Made by a program: the position numbers and the translations under genes
The notes under the pieces: generated by a model
The model's input: only the letters and a program-made list of their open reading frames with translations
What the model was told of the DNA's origin: nothing
Databases searched by the model: none
In this document: piece after piece, positions 55,148 through 64,000 of the stretch
Layout: every line of letters begins with the position of its first letter
Numbering within the stretch: position 1 is the stretch's first letter
Virus record (IMG/VR): IMGVR_UViG_3300042478_002320
Location: 14,884 to 78,883 of that record
DNA: 64,000 nt
Reading direction: 5' to 3' (one strand)
Source: a virus

Positions 55148-55879
55148 TTAGTTTATTGTTTGAACTGATAATTTACCATCTTCTAATATGATATACTCTT
55201 TACTGCTTTGTAGAGTGTCTACATAGTAGTATCTACCTCCCGTAGTTGTTCCTGATACATCTATATTCTTATGCTGTGTGTGACCAACTATTTGTATATA
55301 CTGATTTTTTAGAGAATGTTTATTTACCCTCTGCAAAGATTTTGGTCTAATCCAAATAGGAGAAGATTCCTCGCTATCTCCGTAAGGATCATAGCCTGTA
55401 AATCTGAATGAATGTGGTTTATATTTCCAAATATCATTTACAATAACATCTACATTATCATAATCTGTTAATACTTTATTATGTATTTTATTATAGAAAT
55501 GAGATAACCATGTTATACTGACTCCTGCATGACTCATTAGATACTCATCAATTCTATAACACATTGATAAATGATTTATATTATCCATAAGTACATTCTG
55601 AATAGTAAAGTGATTACTTGACTGATGACCTGAATAATACTCTTGAGTGAAAGACATATAATGAAAGTCATGATTTCCTATTAACAGAATAACATCCTTA
55701 CCACTTGATTTCTTAAACTCTAAGATATCTAAAAAGTTGGTAAGCTGATTCTCAAACTTTATATCAAATGAATCAAAATAATCTCCAACAAAAACTACTC
55801 TGTCAGGATTTGATTGATTTACTATATCTTTCCATAAACTAAGACCATGAATGTCTCCTATTACAACTGTCTTTACCAT
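55148..55879 (-). CDS. calcineurin-like metallophosphoesterase
   Basis: GDIHG, GDYFD, GNHD, SHAG, GHT. Confidence 0.9.
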   Translation of the reverse strand: MVKTVVIGDIHGLSLWKDIVNQSNPDRVVFVGDYFDSFDIKFENQLTNFLDILEFKKSSGKDVILLIGNHDFHYMSFTQEYYSGHQSSNHFTIQNVLMDNINHLSMCYRIDEYLMSHAGVSITWLSHFYNKIHNKVLTDYDNVDVIVNDIWKYKPHSFRFTGYDPYGDSEESSPIWIRPKSLQRVNKHSLKNQYIQIVGHTQHKNIDVSGTTTGGRYYYVDTLQSSKEYIILEDGKLSVQTIN

Positions 55880-56064
55880 TCTCTTCTTATTAATACTGAA
55901 TCAAATTTCAGTGATTTGCAAATTGACTTTACCAAATTATCAAAATACTGACTATTGTTATGTCGTATCTGTATCTTAATATTGTACAAACTATCTTCTC
56001 TGTTAAAGTCCTCTTCCCCAAATTTTTTTAACATATATTTTATAATTTTTTTATTTGTGAACAC
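55873..56064 (-). CDS. hypothetical protein
   Basis: 63 aa ORF in the operon. Confidence 0.55.
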   Translation of the reverse strand: MFTNKKIIKYMLKKFGEEDFNREDSLYNIKIQIRHNNSQYFDNLVKSICKSLKFDSVLIRREW

Positions 56065-56348
56065 TTATTTTCTATATATTCCCACAATGATTTCACATCG
56101 TAACACATTGGATTTTTGTTCTCATCCCATGCTCTAATTCCCTTACCTCCAAAATCACATTCATAGCAAAAAAATTCAATCCAATCACATCCTTCTGCTC
56201 CATAAATAGTTCTAAATAAATCAAAGATTATATTAGAATATCTTGATATAAATTCATGCAAATCTATTCCATGTTTATGAATACTATGTTCAGTTTCAGA
56301 AATATATTTTAATTCTAAAATAATGTTTTCAAATTTTTCGTAATCCAT
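56040..56348 (-). CDS. hypothetical phage protein
   Basis: DWIEFFCYECDFG. Confidence 0.7.
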   Translation of the reverse strand: MDYEKFENIILELKYISETEHSIHKHGIDLHEFISRYSNIIFDLFRTIYGAEGCDWIEFFCYECDFGGKGIRAWDENKNPMCYDVKSLWEYIENKCSQIKKL

Positions 56349-56351
56349 TTT

Positions 56352-57509
56352 TTAGTTATTTATAGGTGCTTTAATAGTTGGATGTGAAATATAATTTCGT
56401 AGTTGAATATCTTCATCTAACAAACATTCACAAAAACTAATATCTTTAAATGAATTAAATACTGCCTCTGCATCAATATCGCCAACTCCACACTCTCCTG
56501 ACAATGTTTGCCAAAACTCAGTGTTTATGGTAAGTGTAGGCAACTCATAAGGTGTTCTATGAGCTTGTTCTTCAGCTTGTTTAATGTGATTCATATATAA
56601 ATGAGTATCTCCTAAATTACCAATTAACTCATCAGGCATCATATTTACAGATTTAGCTATTAATTCTAACAATAAAGCATAGGAAGCAATGTTAAACGGT
56701 AATCCTAAGAAGGTATCAACAGAACGTTGATTCCACATTAAAGATATTGCTCTCTTAGGTACAGGATATAATTCATCAATCTCTAAATGATCAACTCTAA
56801 CAAAATCCGATGGCTCAAAGGTTCTGTATTTTTTAGATGCTAATCGTAGTCTTTCTTCAATACTCAGTTCTCTTGTATATACTTGAAAACCATAATGACA
56901 TGGTGGTAAAACCATTCTATCCAAATCACTTACATTCCATGCATTAACCATCAATCTTCTGCTGTCAGGATTATCTTTAATATCTTTGATTAGGTTTTGA
57001 ATTTGGTCTATAAGTTCTATATTTTCAATCTTAAATGGAGGTATTAAGTTTTCATCCCAAACCTCGTCAACTTTTTTCCATCTTCTCCACTGAGCTCCAT
57101 ATATTCTACCTAAGTCTCCCCATTCTTCAGCAAATCCATTGTCGGTTTTGATTTTATTAATAAATTCATCCTGAGTGAGGATATCTATTCCCTGATTAAT
57201 TTGGAAATTGTGTCTTAACTTATATGCTTTATAAGCATCTCCATTCCAAATGTTACAATTATAGTTTAATAGAAATTTGATATTAGTATCACCTCTGAGG
57301 AACCAAAGTAATTCTATGATAATTGATTTCCATGCCATTTTCTTAGTAGTCAATAGCGGAAACCCATCACTCATCTTATGACGTATTTGTCTACCAAACA
57401 CAGATAAAGTACCCACTCCTGTTCTATCTTTCTTAACTTGTCCTGAAGATATTATATCAAGAAGCAAGTTATTATACTGTTCATCTATTGTCAAATGTTT
57501 ACTATTCAT
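56352..57509 (-). CDS. thyA: thymidylate synthase
   Basis: DRTGVGT, FPLLTTK, ELLWFL, YGAQWR, LPPCH, QRSVD.FLG.PFN, GDTHLY. Confidence 0.97.
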   Translation of the reverse strand: MNSKHLTIDEQYNNLLLDIISSGQVKKDRTGVGTLSVFGRQIRHKMSDGFPLLTTKKMAWKSIIIELLWFLRGDTNIKFLLNYNCNIWNGDAYKAYKLRHNFQINQGIDILTQDEFINKIKTDNGFAEEWGDLGRIYGAQWRRWKKVDEVWDENLIPPFKIENIELIDQIQNLIKDIKDNPDSRRLMVNAWNVSDLDRMVLPPCHYGFQVYTRELSIEERLRLASKKYRTFEPSDFVRVDHLEIDELYPVPKRAISLMWNQRSVDTFLGLPFNIASYALLLELIAKSVNMMPDELIGNLGDTHLYMNHIKQAEEQAHRTPYELPTLTINTEFWQTLSGECGVGDIDAEAVFNSFKDISFCECLLDEDIQLRNYISHPTIKAPINN

Positions 57510-57541
57510 AATATAGTGATATGTTTTAGTACTTAATAATA

Positions 57542-58426
57542 TTAATGAGATTCGTTATGTTTTGGGAAATGTTTACCTTTTATATCCCAAAATTCTGCCA
57601 TAAGAGATGCCCTAAACTTATAATCAGAATCAGTGTGGTATCCATTTTCATAGATACATCTACATATAGATTCATACACTCTCATTTTAGATAGTTTATA
57701 GTTAGGTTTCTTACATCTCTTATATCTATTAGAATTAAGTACATCTGCCCAAATTTTTATACCTTCTTCAGTATCGTCAGATGAAAAGAATTTAGCTTTA
57801 ATATACTTATTCCTACCTCGTATAACCTCTCTTGTCTTAAACGTGACGAAACCATGTCCTTTTAAAGACTTTATTCCCCCTGCATTAGAATGAACTCTCC
57901 AAAGATCTGTCTCTATTCCTTTGTTAGTTGCCTCAATAATAAAAAAAGAGTAGATCATAGATACGGGAAAATCAGTCATAAGATGAACATTCATAAGCAT
58001 GGATTCATATTTGTAAGCTACCCATACTCGTCTCATCTTATATAGATCTACTTTATCTAAATTTCTGAATCCTTTATTTTGTAAAAATTTTCTAAATTCA
58101 GAAACATTAAGCTTACGTATTTCATATCCATAAGATCTTGAACTGTAAGCGTATTCATCTATTTCAGGGATTTTTATTTTTTTAGATACGTCAATCACTT
58201 TGTCAATATACACAGTTTCTATCTCAGTGTTAGTAACAACTGATAGTTTTGTATATGGACTTTCAGGTGGTGAGTATATCAATCCTAAAAAGAAAGCTGT
58301 AGATAACGATACAGCTGCTATTTCAGTTAAATATTTTTTTTCAGGAACTAAAGTCTGAATTGGTTCTTTCTTCATTATTTGTAACTTTGTTAAATTTGAA
58401 AATAGTATGTTATCAATATATAACAC
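57542..58426 (-). CDS. glucosaminidase-domain (FlgJ-like) peptidoglycan hydrolase
   Basis: TM, IIEA..N.GGIK, T.E, GYHTD..Y. Confidence 0.65.
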   Translation of the reverse strand: MLYIDNILFSNLTKLQIMKKEPIQTLVPEKKYLTEIAAVSLSTAFFLGLIYSPPESPYTKLSVVTNTEIETVYIDKVIDVSKKIKIPEIDEYAYSSRSYGYEIRKLNVSEFRKFLQNKGFRNLDKVDLYKMRRVWVAYKYESMLMNVHLMTDFPVSMIYSFFIIEATNKGIETDLWRVHSNAGGIKSLKGHGFVTFKTREVIRGRNKYIKAKFFSSDDTEEGIKIWADVLNSNRYKRCKKPNYKLSKMRVYESICRCIYENGYHTDSDYKFRASLMAEFWDIKGKHFPKHNESH

Positions 58427-58607
58427 TATCTATTAAGAAGTACAAAAACATACTACAAGTTAGTAGCGAGTATATTGCAGCATCAAGAGCTATTCTTTGA
58501 GTAAACATATCTTTATAATGTATAGACATATTGTAATCTCTTACATTTAGCGTAGATCTCCAAAACGTAAGGACAAACAAAATGGAAAATATAACTGAAT
58601 CTAACAT
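58413..58607 (-). CDS. small membrane protein
   Basis: two hydrophobic segments. Confidence 0.55.
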   Translation of the reverse strand: MLDSVIFSILFVLTFWRSTLNVRDYNMSIHYKDMFTQRIALDAAIYSLLTCSMFLYFLIDSVIY

Positions 58608-58633
58608 GGTGACTATTTATTTGAAGTTTTCTG

Positions 58634-58942
58634 TTACTTATCTTTTACAAAAAGACCATTAATGGTTTTCCCTGTTCTCTTAGAGATTTTATTGTAAGCC
58701 TCATTCAAACATTCTTCAGGAGATAGTCCTACTTGTCTCGCTAATATAATCAGAGTAACAAAACCATCCCCAATCTCATCTCGTATTTTATCTATATTCT
58801 GAGATTGAATTGCATCTACTATTTCCAATACCTCTTCCCTTACTTTTTTAATTTGACTGAATTCATTTCCTTTTACAATCAAATTTTTCTGTTGTGCCCA
58901 TTCAAATACAAGTTGGGCTGACTCATCAAATGTTGGTATCAT
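58634..58942 (-). CDS. MazG-like nucleotide pyrophosphohydrolase
   Basis: EEVLE...DEIGD..VTLIILA..CL..AYNKI..R.GK..NG.FVK. Confidence 0.88.
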   Translation of the reverse strand: MIPTFDESAQLVFEWAQQKNLIVKGNEFSQIKKVREEVLEIVDAIQSQNIDKIRDEIGDGFVTLIILARQVGLSPEECLNEAYNKISKRTGKTINGLFVKDK

Positions 58943-58959
58943 AACCTTATTGTTTTAGT

Positions 58960-59541
58960 TTATTTTAAAAAATTTGTAAGAATCTCTAACTTATCTAAAG
59001 TTCTCTTAGCTTTAGCAGCATTTTCATATATTTCGATAGAAACGTAGTACTCAAGTGCTTTGTTTAAAAACTTATTGTAATTATTGAAATTTATAGATAA
59101 TGGATATGGGAGACCCAATATCTCAGCATAACAAAAAACAATATCTATATTTGAATAATCTCCAAAGTTTTTAACAAAGTCTCTGTTTAACATAGAAGAC
59201 TTGATAAAATGAATTCTGCCTTTATCTACTGCTGATTCATCATTATCGTATATAGCTTTTATAAAAAGCTTTTCTTCATCATCATGAAATTCTATAAAGT
59301 TTGAAAAATCTGTATTGGCTATTTCTTTCAAGTCAGAGATACAACTTATCATAGAATCGTAATATTTTAGATAAGCTTCATCATCTAATTTTCTATCAAG
59401 TATCATTTTGTCAATCTGTATATCTACAAAATGTAAACAATTATCTACGAACTCTACTTGATCTTGAAATAGATCAAAAGAAGTTACATTATCTATATCT
59501 GTAACTTTAGAAATGAATGTAGGTAACTTCTCCATAATCAT
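58960..59541 (-). CDS. hypothetical protein with C-terminal UVR-like motif
   Basis: ALEYYVSIEIYENAAK. Confidence 0.6.
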   Translation of the reverse strand: MIMEKLPTFISKVTDIDNVTSFDLFQDQVEFVDNCLHFVDIQIDKMILDRKLDDEAYLKYYDSMISCISDLKEIANTDFSNFIEFHDDEEKLFIKAIYDNDESAVDKGRIHFIKSSMLNRDFVKNFGDYSNIDIVFCYAEILGLPYPLSINFNNYNKFLNKALEYYVSIEIYENAAKAKRTLDKLEILTNFLK

Positions 59542-59777
59542 TTTCTACGTTTAGGTATTGATATATTGAAATTACTATTCATATACTTTGTCCTTAACAG
59601 AATACTATTATTAGTTCCTGTTCTGTTTGACGTTGTATTCAGAATTACCTTATTATTCAACATTGGTAATCTAAATGAATTGGTATATCCGTACTGTATG
59701 GATCCGCATGAGAAACTACTTACACATAACACAATACTAACCCAATAGTAAATTTTCATTTTTCTTAGAACTTTCAT
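59538..59777 (-). CDS. small putative lipoprotein/secreted protein
   Basis: hydrophobic signal followed by SSFSC. Confidence 0.5.
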   Translation of the reverse strand: MKVLRKMKIYYWVSIVLCVSSFSCGSIQYGYTNSFRLPMLNNKVILNTTSNRTGTNNSILLRTKYMNSNFNISIPKRRK

Positions 59778-59934
59778 TTGTTTCTTTTACTTCTCCCAAC
59801 ATTTCTAATGAGGGATACTGTTTTTTAAGGTGACTAAATAATACTTTTGCTTGATCTAAATTCTCTGCAACTATGTTAGGGCCGAACTCATGATCTTCAT
59901 TTGCATTCTTTTTGAATCTTGTCTTATACACCAT
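59737..59934 (-). CDS. hypothetical protein
   Basis: 65 aa; GPNIVAE. Confidence 0.55.
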   Translation of the reverse strand: MVYKTRFKKNANEDHEFGPNIVAENLDQAKVLFSHLKKQYPSLEMLGEVKETNESSKKNENLLLG

Positions 59935-59948
59935 ACATAACGTTTTTG

Positions 59949-60680
59949 TTACAAAATTATTTCATACTTATCTAACAAATATAATCTATATTTAATAATT
60001 ATACTTCTTAAACTTGATTTATAAGCATCTGATGTGGCATATCCTCCCTTATCTAAAGCATCTATCCAATTAGACCAACTGCTATCATCATTAACATACT
60101 TCATATAATGACTTGGGTTATCCTCAGTACCGACCATAAATAAACTGTGATATCTAAAAGAATGCCAAATACTTTTAAATTTTATATATCTACAAGATCT
60201 ATTAGCACATGTAGAATACAATTTAATTATATCTTTGGATAACGCATAATTATTCCAATTTAGTATCCTATTAGGAATGTCATCTCCGAAATATCTAATA
60301 CCAAAAGGATTGTTATTCTCAATGACTAATTTAGATCCATTTGGATTGTTAATGTTAAATCCTCCCTCCAATAAAAACTGCGCTATCTTCACCGATGCAG
60401 GGAAGTTGTATTTAGTATTCTCATTAATAGCAATATATGCATATTTCTCTATATACTCAGCCTGTACGGAATCTCTTAACTTTGCTAAACTTATAATGGT
60501 ATCTAAATCATTATGGAGATTGACAGTTCCTACCAAAGTAGAATCTCTTGACTCTATAATTAGTTTTTGGTTCTTTGAGTTCTCTTGCAAGTTTTTAGAG
60601 TATATGTAAATAGCATTAGTACCCATCCCTAAGATGTATACTAATACTATGAATATTACCCTAATACTATTACGTATCAT
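59949..60680 (-). CDS. mannosyl-glycoprotein endo-beta-N-acetylglucosaminidase-like peptidoglycan hydrolase
   Basis: PASVKIAQFLLEG, NNPFGI, GYATSDAY. Confidence 0.85.
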   Translation of the reverse strand: MIRNSIRVIFIVLVYILGMGTNAIYIYSKNLQENSKNQKLIIESRDSTLVGTVNLHNDLDTIISLAKLRDSVQAEYIEKYAYIAINENTKYNFPASVKIAQFLLEGGFNINNPNGSKLVIENNNPFGIRYFGDDIPNRILNWNNYALSKDIIKLYSTCANRSCRYIKFKSIWHSFRYHSLFMVGTEDNPSHYMKYVNDDSSWSNWIDALDKGGYATSDAYKSSLRSIIIKYRLYLLDKYEIIL

Positions 60681-60704
60681 AAATTATAATTTTATAATCA
60701 AATG

Positions 60705-60736
60705 CAAATATATATTGCTTATGTATTAAAAGCAAA
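60705..60736 (-). promoter_or_regulatory. Bacteroidetes sigma-A promoter
   Basis: TTTG-N20-TATATTTG. Confidence 0.65.
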
Positions 60737-60743
60737 TATTTTA

Positions 60744-61694
60744 CTAACTTTTTTTGAAAAAACTTTTAATATGACAGAATAAACACTTTTTGGGTTTAGT
60801 CTGTGGTTTATTAATAATGATATCAGTTCCTGTAATACTCTTAAATGGATTCACTATACCATATCCTGATTTAACATCTAAATTAGGTTTTTCGATGTCT
60901 ATGGTTGATTCTGTTATGCTTTTATAGTTTAAATCAATACCTGATTGTTTCATTAATGCTAAACATCCACTTACGAATGGTGCAGCCATAGATGTACCTG
61001 ATAGAACTGCATAGGATCCTTTGAGATAGGTGCTGAGGATTTCTGCTCCCGGTGCGACTACATCCAATTGTTGACCATACGTAGTAAAATAAGCAACTTT
61101 CATACTCTCATCAATAGCTCCTACAGCTATACAACAATCATATGAAGCAGGGTAGAAGTTCTCTTGCATTCCGCTATTACCACTTGCTACAACTACTGAT
61201 ATTCCTTTTGATTGTGCCTTCTTGCAAAGTTTTTCTAAACCACTTACCTCAGATGGTGTACCTAAAGACATATTAATAATATCCATATCATCATCTATTG
61301 CTGCTTTTAAAGCATCTATAACACCTTTTATAGTTCCGCTCGATCCATCTAATGCTTTATATATATGGATTTCAGCATCGGGAGCTACTCCTAAAATTCC
61401 ATAATTATTTCCTTGTGCTGCAATTATACCTGCTACATGTGTTCCATGACCTGACGTATCTTCGGCACTGTTAGATTCTGTAAAGTTTTTAAAACTTTGT
61501 ATCTTTAAATCAGGATGACTTAAATCACATCCTGAATCTATGATTCCAATTTTAACTCCTTTACCTGTAAAACCTTTTTGATGTAGATCTAAGATGTTTA
61601 ACTTTTGAATTCCCCATCCTATTGTCTGACTAAGAGTCATGATAGGATTCAAATCGTTTACGATGTGTGGAGGTACAATTACATTTTTTGCCAT
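60744..61694 (-). CDS. subtilisin-like serine protease (S8)
   Basis: IIDSG, HGTHVAG, GTSMAAP catalytic triad. Confidence 0.95.
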   Translation of the reverse strand: MAKNVIVPPHIVNDLNPIMTLSQTIGWGIQKLNILDLHQKGFTGKGVKIGIIDSGCDLSHPDLKIQSFKNFTESNSAEDTSGHGTHVAGIIAAQGNNYGILGVAPDAEIHIYKALDGSSGTIKGVIDALKAAIDDDMDIINMSLGTPSEVSGLEKLCKKAQSKGISVVVASGNSGMQENFYPASYDCCIAVGAIDESMKVAYFTTYGQQLDVVAPGAEILSTYLKGSYAVLSGTSMAAPFVSGCLALMKQSGIDLNYKSITESTIDIEKPNLDVKSGYGIVNPFKSITGTDIIINKPQTKPKKCLFCHIKSFFKKS

Positions 61695-61756
61695 ATTAAG
61701 TTGTTTTTGTGTCTACCTATAAATATGGTAAAATTATTCAATTGTTTAGTATGTAC

Positions 61757-61790
61757 AAAATAAAAGTGAACTCTCATAGGAGAGTCCACT
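61757..61790 (-). terminator. intrinsic terminator
   Basis: AGTGAACTCTC/GAGAGTCCACT stem flanked by A-tracts. Confidence 0.6.
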
Positions 61791-61810
61791 CAAAAAAAAT
61801 ATGATATTTA

Positions 61811-61978
61811 CTATTTTGTTTTGTAAGGAAATGCTTTATTTAACGCTTCCTTCCTTTTGTTACATCCGCAGTCTTCAGCACCCATTGCTTTTGCTACGCC
61901 TTCTGCTACTTTGTCGATACCTGTAGCTTTTGTTATTTTAGCTATGGTATCTCCTAAACCTTTTGATTTCTGATTCAT
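61811..61978 (-). CDS. small conserved phage protein (55 aa, not in ORF track)
   Basis: SKGLGDTIAKITKATGIDKV...DCGCNKRKEALNK.FPY. Confidence 0.75.
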   Translation of the reverse strand: MNQKSKGLGDTIAKITKATGIDKVAEGVAKAMGAEDCGCNKRKEALNKAFPYKTK

Positions 61979-61989
61979 ATGTTAAAATT

Positions 61990-62355
61990 TTAGATTTTCC
62001 ATTTTGTTGCATATCCTAACTCAACGAGATGTGCATTAACATCAAGACCTGACTCTAAGTATATAGTTGCTAACGATCTTCCAAAAGAATCTACAGTCTT
62101 AGAATGTATATAAAAATTTCCATTAGATTTTTCCATATCCATAATTTCAGTAAGAGCCTGTGTTGATAGTTTACCGAGAACTTTCTCTTCTAAATTTAAA
62201 GTTTTAACTTCAGGGGCATCTATATCTATTAGACGTAGAGTAGCTTTCTTCCAAACATCAAATCCTAAATCAATAGTACATTCTAAAGTATCACCATCAA
62301 TTATTCTTAATAACTTGCATTTATAATGATGTAGACAATATTTTGGGTGAATCAT
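61990..62355 (-). CDS. thermonuclease (SNase-like)
   Basis: IIDGDT, LRL.DIDAPE, DSFGRSLA, N..LV..GYA. Confidence 0.9.
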   Translation of the reverse strand: MIHPKYCLHHYKCKLLRIIDGDTLECTIDLGFDVWKKATLRLIDIDAPEVKTLNLEEKVLGKLSTQALTEIMDMEKSNGNFYIHSKTVDSFGRSLATIYLESGLDVNAHLVELGYATKWKI

Positions 62356-62361
62356 TTTATA

Positions 62362-62670
62362 TTATTTTGATAATCTTTTATTCTCTTTTTCTAAATACTC
62401 TAATCTAACTTTGTATTCGGCTAATTGAGTTTTAAGTTCAGTTATTTGTTTCTGTAACTCCTCCTTCTCTAACTCTTTCTCAGTCAATTTCTTTTCTAAA
62501 TTATATACTCGTTCTCTAAGATCTTCTCTGAAGAGTGTATTTTCTTTAGTACTATGCTCGTTTAACTTATAGTTTAATTTTAATCTTGATTCATAAAATT
62601 TCCAAGCACCCGCAGATCCTGCCATGGTGATTAGAGTTATTATTACCGTTGTCATATTTTCGCTAATCAT
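62362..62670 (-). CDS. TM plus coiled-coil protein (holin/spanin-like candidate)
   Basis: N-terminal TM, long coiled coil. Confidence 0.55.
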   Translation of the reverse strand: MISENMTTVIITLITMAGSAGAWKFYESRLKLNYKLNEHSTKENTLFREDLRERVYNLEKKLTEKELEKEELQKQITELKTQLAEYKVRLEYLEKENKRLSK

Positions 62671-63069
62671 TTAATATTTGTGTTTTATCAGTTTCATTAA
62701 TTTCGAAACCTCCTCCCTACTGCATCTCCAAGTAATCCAAAATAACGCTATTAATTCTGAAACGAATATTAAATGCATTTGAATATTATATATGTTGTTT
62801 GCTATAGATAGAACAAATATGCTCAATACTACTATAAATGATATATTAGCACTCCACTTCCGTATAGATATAGAATTTAGAATATTACCCAAAAACAATC
62901 CAAAGGAAGATGCTATGCCAATGTAATAATAATTATCATTTATTTCTATATTAGACATACAAAAAATAGAATAAGATGGATAACATAACTGTGAAATCAT
63001 TATAAAACTTAATATAATCTCTAATGGTTCACTATCACCATACATTATTATTTCTCTTAATTTTACCAT
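62671..63069 (-). CDS. multi-pass membrane protein (holin-like candidate)
   Basis: four hydrophobic segments. Confidence 0.55.
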   Translation of the reverse strand: MVKLREIIMYGDSEPLEIILSFIMISQLCYPSYSIFCMSNIEINDNYYYIGIASSFGLFLGNILNSISIRKWSANISFIVVLSIFVLSIANNIYNIQMHLIFVSELIALFWITWRCSREEVSKLMKLIKHKY

Positions 63070-63070
63070 A

Positions 63071-63931
63071 CTATTTAAATTCTTTTGATATTGATTTTTT
63101 ATAAGAACTCCATATATCTCTGCTCCTATTCAATTTTTTTATTTTTTCAGGATCTTTTGTTCTTGTTAGGGTTCCATCTAATCTATTAATCATAAATTGA
63201 GCTGCTCTAATCTTATGAGCATTATTATCTAATTTATCGAGTCTTTGTATACTGTTGTTTGATTCTATTGAATCTTTAAAACCTATATCTATACTCTCAT
63301 CATCAGGAGGATTTCTGTACAAGTCCATTTGCTTAGACGTTAAATCCTCATCTGATTCGACATCATAATCAGTTTTAACCTCGTCAGCTTCGGGAACTTC
63401 TAAAAATTGAAATACTCTTTCCATATCAAATGTCTTACCCAATACGTTACCCATATCTTTCCTATTGGAATCTGATAGATTTATAACTAAGCAAGGGCCT
63501 ATCAATCCATTATTCTGAATAATATCTATCGCAGCTATTGTCACGTCTTCTAAATCAAATGGAAAATACTTATTCTTGTATTGCATTATATATGCAGGTC
63601 TCAGATTAGGACTATTGGATAAGGCATCTACCGCACTTTTTTTAACTATCTTTTTTGGTGGATATAAATTTGACATTCTAACATGTCTTCGCTCTCCTCT
63701 TGACGTAAAGTAAGGTTCAACCTTCTCTCTCCTGCCTTTTATATTATATTTATTTTTTAAATGTTTTTTAAGAGCTAACCATGAATCTACATGTATTTGA
63801 CTCCATTCATGAGGGATCGATTTGAAACCTTTAGGCATATTGTCTAATCGGATAGTATCTGTAGGTATTTTACTAATATTCTTTTCGAATACATCCTTAT
63901 CATTTACATCCTCTTCTATTCTATATTCCAT
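63071..63931 (-). CDS. hypothetical protein
   Basis: 286 aa; TATTTATA at 63949-63956. Confidence 0.65.
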   Translation of the reverse strand: MEYRIEEDVNDKDVFEKNISKIPTDTIRLDNMPKGFKSIPHEWSQIHVDSWLALKKHLKNKYNIKGRREKVEPYFTSRGERRHVRMSNLYPPKKIVKKSAVDALSNSPNLRPAYIMQYKNKYFPFDLEDVTIAAIDIIQNNGLIGPCLVINLSDSNRKDMGNVLGKTFDMERVFQFLEVPEADEVKTDYDVESDEDLTSKQMDLYRNPPDDESIDIGFKDSIESNNSIQRLDKLDNNAHKIRAAQFMINRLDGTLTRTKDPEKIKKLNRSRDIWSSYKKSISKEFK

Positions 63932-64000
63932 ATACTATTAATTACAACTATAAATATAATATTTATTATTTATAACTACTTATTATTTGAATTTTTTTCA

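Noticed and set aside
1-64000. Alternative genetic code (stop-codon reassignment)
   Set aside because: Conserved genes (thyA, MTases, ligase, subtilase) are full-length in code 11, and TAA, TAG and TGA all end tightly packed genes

Overview
Very AT-rich segment of a large dsDNA tailed phage, probably jumbo and T4-like in logic, infecting a Bacteroidetes host. The host call rests on many TTG-N20/21-TAnnTTTG Bacteroidetes sigma-A promoters and A-rich, SD-less start regions; the standard genetic code fits. 1-19.7 kb: mostly minus-strand late/structural-type genes (baseplate spike-like protein, gp55-like sigma factor, HD nuclease, Hsp20, GP88-like protein, NUMOD3 homing endonuclease, amidase endolysin, GH16, kinases, WYL-like protein), many preceded by a TATTTATA motif. 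20-35.4 kb (+): five tRNA-shaped RNAs with non-canonical or expanded anticodon domains; then a DUF6745-like gene lacking its usual internal QVW-repeat segment, its usual 'QGDV' partner gene, and about 39 closely packed, often stop/start-coupled 45-95 aa ORFs. These small ORFs grade from divergent to near-pure (QVWN)n repeats and share a junction motif. This is the best candidate for an undescribed system. 36.4-43 kb: GC-tract/15-bp-repeat non-coding region, a series of single-gene promoter-ORF-terminator cassettes separated by palindromic repeats, and three tandem DnaA boxes. 43.6-64 kb (-): GNAT, nucleotidyltransferase, five tandem C5 DNA methyltransferases with variable TRDs plus two MTase-like genes, RNA ligase, phosphoesterase, thyA, glucosaminidases, MazG, subtilase and SNase. 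Family names come from recognised motifs, not from database searches.
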